From a virus (taxonomy: Duplodnaviria > Caudoviricetes): DNA of 64,000 nt. Shown one piece after another: positions 55,598 through 64,000 of this stretch. Position numbers and translations under genes: made by a program. The notes under the pieces are model-generated. The model saw only the letters and a list, made by a program, of their open reading frames with translations, was not told the DNA's origin and did not search any database. Numbering within the stretch: the first letter of the stretch is position 1; each line of letters opens with the position of its first letter. The stretch is from positions 1-64,000 of the IMG/VR virus record IMGVR_UViG_3300025723_000017. The stretch is one strand, 5' to 3'.

Positions 55598-57418
55598 ATG
55601 GCCATTGTCCAAATTTCACAAATCACGAATCGACTAGGATTAAATGCAGATTTACCGCAACTTGCGGGGGCTGAACTAGGTTGGTCCACTGACACCCGTC
55701 AACTCTATATCGGCAATGGCACTTTATCAGAGGGTGCACCTGTTATTGGCAATACTGAGATTTTAACAGAATTTTCTGACATTTTAAATATAGCTGCTAG
55801 TTATACTTATAAAGGCACCGCAGCTGGTTATACTGTACAAACTGGACCAACTCCTAGCACTCCGGTTAAATTAAGTTTACAAAATTGGATGGATCAGTTT
55901 GCATCTGTTTTAGATTTTGGTGCAGTTGGAGATGGGTTGACTGATGATACCGCTGCTATTAATCGTGCATTAAATCAATTATATTGTCAACAATCTAATC
56001 CACAGATTCGAAGAAATTTATTTTTTCCCGCGGGAGTATATGCAGTTTCTAGTCCAATTAATATTCCCCCGTATGCCACCTTGTACGGCGAAGGATCAAA
56101 TAGTTCCATCATAAGAATGATAGCATCAGGAGGAACCGGAACTTGCGTGGCACAAACCGCAGATAGTTTGCAACAAACTGGGTCTAATATCGGAAATGGT
56201 AGTGCGATCCCGCCTCAACATATTACTATTAGTACTATGGGATTTCAAAGTTTAGACAATACAAAAAATATATTTTTAGTTGATTCTGCCACCAGCACTA
56301 CATTTGACAATGTAGGATTTTTTGGACCAGGTAGTACCAGTACATTAACTGTTGCTACATTAAATACCTCTAGTGTAGCTTTTGTAATATCGAATGGATT
56401 TAAAATAGAAGATATAATACTTGATAATTGTAGATTTTTTGGAACAGTTTATGGGGTTTCTGATAATGTTTCTACAAAAGGTGTTACAGTTACAAATAGT
56501 AATTTTAATACATTATATCAAGGTGTTAATGTAACGAATGGAGCAACAGGAACACGTATTACTAATAATATATTTGATAATATTTATGAATATGGTATTT
56601 TATTTGGTACTGTATCCCTTAATGTAAGCGGATATAATATATTTTATGATGTCGCAAATCATTTTCTAGGTACAACATCGCCGCAGCAAGCAGTAATATT
56701 AATCGAGGGCAATAATAATGCCAGTGTTGGAGACATGTTTCAACGCTCAGATTTATATGCAGAACAATATCCTCGAGTATATTTAACTGATACAGTTAGT
56801 ATCGCAACAACTAATGGATCTCAATTACAATTAGGTAATAAAACAGTTGAGTCAGGTGTAGCAGTTGAATTACAAACTGGACATGCTACCCCAACAACAT
56901 TATTCACTGTTGATAATTCTATATTTTGGCAACAAGCAGTAAGTTTCAAAATAGATTATTCAATAATATTAGGAGCTGGTCAATTTAGAACCGGAGTATT
57001 ATTTGTAGCTAGTTCAGAACGTGGCGGCACAATATTGCCCATAACAGGTGCATCAGGCGACGGTACTACCGTGACTTTAACATTTACTACCCAACCTACT
57101 GCACCATTCGCTATAGGCAGTGTAATTTCAATTGACGGAATTTATCCACTTGATTATAACGAAACATACGCTACCGTTACATCATGTACTACATCTACAG
57201 TAAGTTATGCTAGTGTTGCGACTGATGCATACGTTAGCGGTGGACAAGTAAGTTTAAATAATCTCAACTATAGTGATGACTATGTTGAAAACAGTGATAC
57301 TGGAATTGTATTGACTGTTTCTCAAATAGGAACTGTAGTATCAGTACAATATACTTCACTAGCAGCAACGAATGCTGGACAAATGAGTTATTCTATTAGT
57401 TATTTTAATGTGGCATAA
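55598..57418 (+). CDS. Tailspike/fibre protein with pectate-lyase-like beta-helix
   Basis: N-terminal 'LPQL..AELGW..D..QLYIGNG'; 'SVLDFGAVGDG.TDDTAAIN..FPAGVY'; late promoter at 55568. Confidence 0.8.
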   Translation: MAIVQISQITNRLGLNADLPQLAGAELGWSTDTRQLYIGNGTLSEGAPVIGNTEILTEFSDILNIAASYTYKGTAAGYTVQTGPTPSTPVKLSLQNWMDQFASVLDFGAVGDGLTDDTAAINRALNQLYCQQSNPQIRRNLFFPAGVYAVSSPINIPPYATLYGEGSNSSIIRMIASGGTGTCVAQTADSLQQTGSNIGNGSAIPPQHITISTMGFQSLDNTKNIFLVDSATSTTFDNVGFFGPGSTSTLTVATLNTSSVAFVISNGFKIEDIILDNCRFFGTVYGVSDNVSTKGVTVTNSNFNTLYQGVNVTNGATGTRITNNIFDNIYEYGILFGTVSLNVSGYNIFYDVANHFLGTTSPQQAVILIEGNNNASVGDMFQRSDLYAEQYPRVYLTDTVSIATTNGSQLQLGNKTVESGVAVELQTGHATPTTLFTVDNSIFWQQAVSFKIDYSIILGAGQFRTGVLFVASSERGGTILPITGASGDGTTVTLTFTTQPTAPFAIGSVISIDGIYPLDYNETYATVTSCTTSTVSYASVATDAYVSGGQVSLNNLNYSDDYVENSDTGIVLTVSQIGTVVSVQYTSLAATNAGQMSYSISYFNVA

Positions 57419-57818
57419 AGATTTTAATGATCGACTAAAATCCTGGTCGGCCTTACGTACAGAAATTCAAACTATCCCATTAGAGCAAGCTCTCTATATG
57501 ATTAACGATTGGTGGCATCAAGCACCATGGACTGGATATTATCTACATTGGGATGACCGGGAAACATGGCCTGACCCTTGGCAACTTTTGAGCGATAACA
57601 TTTATTGTGATGTTGCTCGTGGGCTGGGAATACTGTATACTGTAACTTTAACGCAACATAAAGAGTTGACTTCTGCAGAGTTGGTTTTGACTGAAGATAG
57701 TCGTAATTTAGTGTTAATTAACAAAGGAAAATATACGCTTAATTGGGACAAAGAAGTTATGGTAAATACTCCATTATCAAAAAAAGTGAGACATTGTTTT
57801 ATAAAGTCTGGGTTGTAA
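57408..57818 (+). CDS. Hypothetical Trp-rich protein
   Basis: 'WPDPWQLL..N.YC' motif. Confidence 0.65.
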   Translation: MWHKDFNDRLKSWSALRTEIQTIPLEQALYMINDWWHQAPWTGYYLHWDDRETWPDPWQLLSDNIYCDVARGLGILYTVTLTQHKELTSAELVLTEDSRNLVLINKGKYTLNWDKEVMVNTPLSKKVRHCFIKSGL

Positions 57819-57859
57819 TAGTATCATAAGTAGTACACAAAATAAAAAAAGAGAAATAA

Positions 57860-60187
57860 ATGACTCAAATTACAGTTGTAAAAAGAGGCGGAAATAAAGA
57901 ACCGCTACAAATTGAAAAATGGCAAGCTCAAGTAGCAAAGGTTTGTAAAGGCATAGCTGATGTAAGTCAATCAATGGTGGAAATTAAAGCACAATTGCAT
58001 TTTTATGATGGAATTACTACTGAGGAAATTGATGGGATTACACTTAGGGCTATTGTAGATCTTATTGATACTGAAACAAATCCTGATGTAGGCCATACCA
58101 ACTACCAGTATGTTGCTGGTAAACAAAGATTGTCAATGCTAAGAAAAGATGTGTATGGGTCATATGATCCACCTGCACTTTATGAAATTGTAAAGAAAAA
58201 TGTTGCAGTAGGTTTATATACCCCAGAACTTCTTGAATGGTATACAGAAGATGATTGGAATCGTATGAATGATATGATTGATCATTCTAAAGATGAGCAA
58301 TATGGGTATGCGGCCATTGAACAACTTATTGAAAAATATCTAGTCCGTAATCGTGCTACAAAGGAGATCTATGAAACTCCTCAAGTTAGATACATGGTGG
58401 CCGCGGCCACAGTCTTCCATCGAGAAGAACCTAATACAGTCCGTATGCGCTACATTAAAGAATACTACAATGCGGCAAGTGATGGCTTATTCACTCTTGC
58501 CACTCCTGTGCTTGCAGGCCTTGGGACTCCTACTAAACAGTTTTCATCTTGTGTTCTTATCCGCAGTGACGACAATCTCGATAGCATCTTTGCTTCCGGC
58601 GAGATGATGGCCAAGTATGCCGCCAAACGTGCAGGCATTGGGCTGGAAGTTGGTCGTTTACGTCCATTAGGCAGTCCTATACGTGGCGGTGAAGTAATGC
58701 ACACTGGTATGATACCATTTCTTAAAAAATGGTTTGGCGATCTGCGTTCGTGTTCGCAAGGAGGTATTCGTAATGCTTCGGCTACGATTTTCTACCCCAT
58801 TTGGCATTACCAATTCGATGATCTTATTGTTCTTAAAAACAATCAAGGTACAGATGAGACACGAGTAAGATTTATGGATTATGGAGTTGTGTTATCTGCA
58901 TTTTTCTGGCGTAGATTTAAGAACAAAGAAAATATTACTTTCTTTGATCCCAATGAAGTGCCTGACTTATACGAAGCATTCTACAAAGATACTGAATTAT
59001 TCGAAAAATTGTATGTAAAGTATGAAAAACGTAAAGACTTACGTACTAAAACAATGGCAGCTGAAGATGTATTCAAAGGCGGCATATTAAAAGAGCGCAC
59101 AGATACTGGACGCATTTATCTTGTGTTTATCGACAACGTACAGAATCAAGGTCCATTTGATCCTGAATACCACACCATTTATCAGAGTAATCTTTGCTGT
59201 GAAATTCTCCTTCCTACTAAATCCTTTAAACGTCTGGATGATGACGCTGGCCGTATTGCTTTGTGTACGCTTGGTAGTATTAACTGGGGATCTTTCCGTA
59301 ACCCAGAGGACATGCGGCGTGCTTGCCGTATTCTTCAGCGTAGCCTGTGCAATATACTTGACTACCAAGATTTTCTAAGTATTCAATCTAAATTAAGTAA
59401 TGACGAAATCCAACCATTAGGTATTGGTATTACAAATTTAGCCTACTGGCATGCTAAACGCGGGTTGAAGTATGGCGACGCTGATGCATTACAAGAAGTT
59501 AAATCTTGGATGGAACACCAAGCATTTTATCTTACAGAAGCTACTGTAGAGTTGGCTAAGGAACGTGGTAAATGCTTAGATTCAGATCGTACTCGATATG
59601 GACAAGGCGTATTTCCTTGGGAATTACGTGCCCGTGGCGTTAATGATCTAGCTGACTTTACTCCAGAACTTGACTGGGAAACCTTGCGCACTAATATGAA
59701 AGAATATGGGGTCCGTAATGCTACATTAATGGCAGTGGCACCTGTAGAGTCAAGCAGTGTGGTGATTAATAGCACTAATGGAATTGAAATGCCTATGAGT
59801 TTGATCACAGTTAAAGAATCAAAAGCAGGGTCACTGGTACAAGTTGTTCCGGAATATAACAATTTAAAAGTTCGTAAAAACTATCAATTGATGTGGGATC
59901 AAAAAGATTGTAGTGGATATCTAAAAACTGCTGCAATATTGGCAGCTTTTGTGGATCAATCTATTTCAACTAATACTTTTTATAATCCAGCACACTTTGC
60001 AGATCGTAAAGTACCAACTACATTGATTGCTAAGAATTTGATGAATTTCTGGTATTGGGGCGGAAAAACTCTGTATTACTCACTCATAAACAAACAGGGT
60101 AGTAAAGGACAAGATGCCGAAGAAACTAAACTTGAAATAATTGATTTTAGTGAAGAAGAAGAGGATTGCATCGCCTGTAAACTTTAA
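57860..60187 (+). CDS. nrdA: Ribonucleotide reductase class Ia alpha subunit with ATP cone
   Basis: VVKR ATP cone, FSSCVL, SQGGIR, QSNLCCEI, LCTL, AP.ESSS, KTLYY, C-terminal CxxC. Confidence 0.97.
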   Translation: MTQITVVKRGGNKEPLQIEKWQAQVAKVCKGIADVSQSMVEIKAQLHFYDGITTEEIDGITLRAIVDLIDTETNPDVGHTNYQYVAGKQRLSMLRKDVYGSYDPPALYEIVKKNVAVGLYTPELLEWYTEDDWNRMNDMIDHSKDEQYGYAAIEQLIEKYLVRNRATKEIYETPQVRYMVAAATVFHREEPNTVRMRYIKEYYNAASDGLFTLATPVLAGLGTPTKQFSSCVLIRSDDNLDSIFASGEMMAKYAAKRAGIGLEVGRLRPLGSPIRGGEVMHTGMIPFLKKWFGDLRSCSQGGIRNASATIFYPIWHYQFDDLIVLKNNQGTDETRVRFMDYGVVLSAFFWRRFKNKENITFFDPNEVPDLYEAFYKDTELFEKLYVKYEKRKDLRTKTMAAEDVFKGGILKERTDTGRIYLVFIDNVQNQGPFDPEYHTIYQSNLCCEILLPTKSFKRLDDDAGRIALCTLGSINWGSFRNPEDMRRACRILQRSLCNILDYQDFLSIQSKLSNDEIQPLGIGITNLAYWHAKRGLKYGDADALQEVKSWMEHQAFYLTEATVELAKERGKCLDSDRTRYGQGVFPWELRARGVNDLADFTPELDWETLRTNMKEYGVRNATLMAVAPVESSSVVINSTNGIEMPMSLITVKESKAGSLVQVVPEYNNLKVRKNYQLMWDQKDCSGYLKTAAILAAFVDQSISTNTFYNPAHFADRKVPTTLIAKNLMNFWYWGGKTLYYSLINKQGSKGQDAEETKLEIIDFSEEEEDCIACKL

Positions 60188-60196
60188 GGATAGATA

Positions 60197-60817
60197 ATGT
60201 TAGAAACTATATGTGAAGTATTAGAAGACGCATACAAGCGTAATTGGATTACCAGTAGAGATGGCAATGTAAGTATTCGTCATCACGACCGGGATCATTT
60301 TTATATTACACCTAGTGGTGTACGTAAGCAGACCTTACAACCTGATCAGTTCAAAAAGATCAGTATACACGGACTGCTATGGCAAGAAGAATATTATACT
60401 GACATCAGTTCTAATCTAAAGCCCAGTGGAGAAATACCTTTACACTTTGGGTTACAGCGCAACATGGGACAACATCATGAAGAAGTTCGTGTAGTCGTGC
60501 ATGTTCATCCTACTTACTGTATTGCTGCTATGCACGCTGGAATTGATCTAAGTACTATTTGCGACGCATTTCCTGAACTTAACCGATATACTCGTGTAGC
60601 ACCAAATGTAGGAGATGTGGCACCAATTAGTCAGGAACTGGCAAATGAATGCTTTAAAAATTTGAAATTAGACAAGCATGGTAACATTGACTATGACATT
60701 GTAGGCATTAAAGGGCATGGAGTAGTTGCAATTGATACGAACCCATGGCGAGCATATGAACATATCGAACGCTTGGAACATATTTGTAAGATTGTGTTAG
60801 CCAGTGGAAAATATTAA
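60197..60817 (+). CDS. Class II aldolase/adducin family protein
   Basis: GNVS, ITPSG, PSGE..LH, VVHVHP, KGHGV, E.LE. Confidence 0.88.
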   Translation: MLETICEVLEDAYKRNWITSRDGNVSIRHHDRDHFYITPSGVRKQTLQPDQFKKISIHGLLWQEEYYTDISSNLKPSGEIPLHFGLQRNMGQHHEEVRVVVHVHPTYCIAAMHAGIDLSTICDAFPELNRYTRVAPNVGDVAPISQELANECFKNLKLDKHGNIDYDIVGIKGHGVVAIDTNPWRAYEHIERLEHICKIVLASGKY

Positions 60818-61046
60818 ATTTGCGTGGTGGCCAACACGAGTAACAAGTGGTAAGTGTGTATGGCTAACAAAATATATATTACATCAACAGTTATATGATG
60901 ACTCAACCGGACGTCCACCGATAAATAGTTTATATTTTGTATGGACCGAAACACTTCAAGAAAAAACTTGGAGATTATTAAAAGAACAAATGGTTCACAA
61001 CAGAAATATCTGGAATGAACCGGTACTAACACAACAAGATTTATGA
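60804..61046 (+). CDS. Hypothetical protein
   Basis: 'KFAWWP...SG..VWL' phage-type motif; GTG start. Confidence 0.55.
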   Translation: MENIKFAWWPTRVTSGKCVWLTKYILHQQLYDDSTGRPPINSLYFVWTETLQEKTWRLLKEQMVHNRNIWNEPVLTQQDL

Positions 61047-61067
61047 AAACTATATGAGAGTTAAATT

Positions 61068-62171
61068 ATGAGTAAAGAACAATATAATTTGAAGAATAAA
61101 ACTGACTATCTTAGTCGTAAGATGTTTCTAGATCCCGCCGGCCCAGTTACTGTACAACGGTTCGAAGAAGTGAAATACAATAAGTTAACAAAATTCGATG
61201 CCGAAGCTCGTGGATTCTTTTGGGTGCCGGAAGAAATTAGTTTAACCAAAGATGCAGGTGATTTTAAAGAAGCAAGTAATACAGTAAAACATATTTTTAC
61301 CAGTAATTTATTAAGACAAACTGCATTGGATAGTTTACAAGGTCGTGGCCCAACACAAGTATTTACACCAGTATGCAGTATACCTGAACTAGAAGCGTTG
61401 ATGTATAACTGGGGATTTTTCGAAACAAATATTCACAGTCGATCATATAGCCATATCATTCGTAATATTTACAATGTGCCTAAAGATGAGTTTAATAAAA
61501 TTCATGAAACAAAAGAAATCATTGAGATGGCATCGAGTATCGGAAAATACTATGATGAATTACATCGTCTCAATTGTATCAAAGAACTAGAGATCAGTGG
61601 GTTAACTGAACAAACTCATATTAATGCTATATGGTTAGCACTTAATGCCAGCTATGGATTAGAAGCGTTTCGTTTTATGGTATCATTCGCTACAAGTTTA
61701 GCCATGGTGGAAAATCGTATCTTTATTGGTAACGGTAATATTATCAGCTTGATTCTACAAGACGAAATTCTACACAAAGAATGGACAGGTTGGATTATCA
61801 ATCAAGTTGTTAAAGAAGATCCGCGGTTTGCTCGTGCTAAACAGGAATGTGAAGCAGAAGTTTATCAGATGTATTTAGATGTTATACAAGAGGAGAAACG
61901 ATGGGCTGACTATTTGTTTAATCAAGGTCCAGTAATTGGACTCAATGCTAACATTCTAAAGGACTTTGTTGATTATACTGCAATGATTTCACTGAAAGAG
62001 ATTGGTATTAAGTATCAAAATTCTGCACCCAAAACTACACCAATCCCATGGTTCAACAAACATGTCAATGTAAGCAATAAACAATCTGCGTTACAGGAAA
62101 CCGAATCAACAAATTATGTAATCGGTGTTATGGGCGATACTTTAGACTATACTGCACTGCCTGATTTATAA
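61068..62171 (+). CDS. nrdB: Ribonucleotide reductase class Ia beta subunit
   Basis: FFW.PEEI, LDSLQGR, ETNIHSRSY, LEAFRF, DEILH, QETE. Confidence 0.96.
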   Translation: MSKEQYNLKNKTDYLSRKMFLDPAGPVTVQRFEEVKYNKLTKFDAEARGFFWVPEEISLTKDAGDFKEASNTVKHIFTSNLLRQTALDSLQGRGPTQVFTPVCSIPELEALMYNWGFFETNIHSRSYSHIIRNIYNVPKDEFNKIHETKEIIEMASSIGKYYDELHRLNCIKELEISGLTEQTHINAIWLALNASYGLEAFRFMVSFATSLAMVENRIFIGNGNIISLILQDEILHKEWTGWIINQVVKEDPRFARAKQECEAEVYQMYLDVIQEEKRWADYLFNQGPVIGLNANILKDFVDYTAMISLKEIGIKYQNSAPKTTPIPWFNKHVNVSNKQSALQETESTNYVIGVMGDTLDYTALPDL

Positions 62172-62173
62172 AA

Positions 62174-62332
62174 TTAAATTCTTACAGTAGTCCATTTAGC
62201 ATCAAATTTTTTGCCTTTAGCTTTATGTTTTACAATTTTGCGGAATTCTTCTTTACGTAATTCCGCAATTTTGTTGTCATCATGTTCTAAACAGGCTTGG
62301 TAAAGTCTAGTAATTAATTTTTTTTGTTTCAT
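62174..62332 (-). CDS. Small basic protein, 52 aa (absent from ORF track)
   Basis: [52 protein letters not shown]; GGAG RBS; late promoter at 62365-62371. Confidence 0.6.
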   Translation of the reverse strand: MKQKKLITRLYQACLEHDDNKIAELRKEEFRKIVKHKAKGKKFDAKWTTVRI

Positions 62333-62386
62333 ATCTTCTCCATGTAATAAAATTGTAATAAAAGTATTTAGTATATAAAAATAAAA

Positions 62387-63262
62387 TTAGATTACAGTCA
62401 AATGTTCTTGTATTAGTTGTATTGCTCGTTCTTTGTCGGCTCCCTTTGGGGTTCCAATTTCGCCTGATTTGACTGATATCATGGAACGAAATAATCCTTT
62501 GATACGGGCAAAACTACGGGGATTTTTAATTTTAGTTTTAATTTCTGAAACAAAATTTTCAAAGTTATCTGTTATATGATATCCAGACAATAGATACAAC
62601 ACATGTGTGAAATGAGTAGATGTCCAGATTATTTCCCGACTAATTTGATTAAAAGTGCCTGCTGCATACCGCACTCGTCTTAACTGTAGTTCACTACTGG
62701 ATAAATTAAATTCATATTCCTCATCTGGACCTAACTTATCCGGACCAAATGGAAGCTGCAATCTTATAAAAAGCTCTTCGATGGGATTTTCCAATGTAGC
62801 AACTTTGACTAATCCCAGTATCAAGCCTTGCATTGGTGCCGTCAGATTTAAAAACTTTATTTTAAAATCAGCCTCCTCGCCACTAGTCGCAATAATATTA
62901 TCTATTTGTGCAGAATAACCCAATTTGGAATCATAATATCTTACCGTTACAATTTCACCTGAATTATATGTGCGTCGATCTAGATATTTAGGATTACTAA
63001 AGGGTATAATAACATCTACTGGTTGATTGTTAAAAAACTCAACCAGTGACTTTTTAAGAGTTGTTTTGGTCAATTTGGTGCGAAAACACACAACTAAATC
63101 CATATCGCCAAATGTTTCTTTATCTAAATCTGAATTATAGCTGCCGGTTGGTGCCATGTAATACGGCTCAGAAAACTGCTTAATAAGATAAAAATAGCTT
63201 GTCATAAACTGTTGGAAATCTTTTCGACTTCTAATACGGTCTGCGCCTGCTACCCCACTCAT
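62387..63262 (-). CDS. Pol-beta superfamily nucleotidyltransferase
   Basis: TGSY...FGDMDLVV and a downstream QID third carboxylate. Confidence 0.7.
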   Translation of the reverse strand: MSGVAGADRIRSRKDFQQFMTSYFYLIKQFSEPYYMAPTGSYNSDLDKETFGDMDLVVCFRTKLTKTTLKKSLVEFFNNQPVDVIIPFSNPKYLDRRTYNSGEIVTVRYYDSKLGYSAQIDNIIATSGEEADFKIKFLNLTAPMQGLILGLVKVATLENPIEELFIRLQLPFGPDKLGPDEEYEFNLSSSELQLRRVRYAAGTFNQISREIIWTSTHFTHVLYLLSGYHITDNFENFVSEIKTKIKNPRSFARIKGLFRSMISVKSGEIGTPKGADKERAIQLIQEHLTVI

Positions 63263-63645
63263 AGCAACTCCTCAGATTTTTCAAAAGCTATAATCGCTGG
63301 TAGTATCAATATAGCTCGTTGATCACCTAATGCCGTCAACACGCGAACTTGATTTATTGGTAATGATAGATAATCAGCCGATTCGGGCCAGACAATTAAG
63401 GCTAATATGGCAGAACATGCCACAGAATAAACTGTCGACGTATATACCGCAGAAGCCGCGTTTAAAGCCTCTCGTACAATGAATTTAAATTCGACTGCAT
63501 TTCTGGCTGCCTCATGACGTGCATCCCAAGTAGTTTTGTTAATCACATCCCACGCCGCACTCAAGTTGGCTAGATTGGGTTTTAGATCGGCTAAGATTCG
63601 ATCTATATGTGCGGCATTGGGTAGGTGACTCCAAGCTGTGGTCAT
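63259..63645 (-). CDS. Hypothetical Ala-rich protein
   Basis: 'WSHLPNAAHIDR' start; ATGA overlaps. Confidence 0.65.
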   Translation of the reverse strand: MTTAWSHLPNAAHIDRILADLKPNLANLSAAWDVINKTTWDARHEAARNAVEFKFIVREALNAASAVYTSTVYSVACSAILALIVWPESADYLSLPINQVRVLTALGDQRAILILPAIIAFEKSEELL

Positions 63646-63998
63646 AATGCCGCCCTCAACTTAGAATCTTCTGGCAAAAACTTACCAGTCAATTGCAATC
63701 GATCTCGTCTATCTAACCATTCTGCTTGTAAGTCATCAGGAATATCAGCACGGGTGTGATCCAAAATTTCAAAATAGATATCAATCATTCGGTCATAATC
63801 AGCTGTTGAAAGTTGATATTGTAACAGAGTATTGAGTTTGTAATAATCTTCAGCGATACTACGTGTAATATCAACCCCAAGTCTTTGGTTGAGAATTGTT
63901 AGGGCCTGATCTGGTTCAGTAGCCAACATCATTTTACTGATCCTATCTTTAACACCAACTCCATGACTGAATGATAATCCAGCGACACGAAACGCCGA
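63642..63998 (-). CDS. Hypothetical protein, 5'-truncated by window edge
   Basis: Frame is open to the window end; C-terminal 'ILD.TR.DIP.DLQ..W...L.GKFLP..S.L'. Confidence 0.6.
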   Translation of the reverse strand, partial: SAFRVAGLSFSHGVGVKDRISKMMLATEPDQALTILNQRLGVDITRSIAEDYYKLNTLLQYQLSTADYDRMIDIYFEILDHTRADIPDDLQAEWLDRRDRLQLTGKFLPEDSKLRAAL

Positions 63999-64000
63999 TA

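Noticed and set aside
57860-62171. Introns or inteins in nrdA/nrdB (terminase, helicase and UvsX also checked)
   Set aside because: All are uninterrupted and of normal length with no splicing motifs.
1-64000. Stop-codon reassignment
   Set aside because: Conserved genes are full length in the standard code and end in TAA, TAG or TGA; coding density is high.

Overview
AT-rich 64 kb segment of a large T4-like (myovirus-type) bacteriophage genome read in the standard genetic code. The IscU sequence suggests a proteobacterial host. Virion genes include tail-fibre-like proteins, gp13/gp14/gp15-like neck and tail-completion proteins, gp18 sheath, gp19 tube, gp4 and terminase. Replication/recombination genes include gp32, UvsX, UvsY, UvsW, primase, helicase and a miniature DnaE-like protein. 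Nucleotide metabolism genes include dNMP kinase, NrdA/NrdB and a Nudix hydrolase. Free-standing homing endonucleases and an accessory block are also present. Main observations: (1) a late-promoter operon combining an amino-acid binding protein, a DAACS symporter, a protein with T4 holin-T-like architecture and an Asp/Glu racemase; (2) an IscU split at an Fe-S ligand cysteine by a 340-aa endonuclease-bearing intein; (3) a structured RNA downstream of an AAA ATPase gene that is complementary in three segments to that gene's own leader and RBS; (4) a set of proteins with T4 capsid-targeting-like N-termini, plus a 988-aa modular protein punctuated by prohead-protease-like sites; (5) a duplicated leader flanking a GIY-YIG gene, a GIY-YIG stub before the primase, and a probable ATT start codon. 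No tRNA, rRNA or CRISPR array was recognised. Functional calls rest on motif recognition by eye, not database searches.
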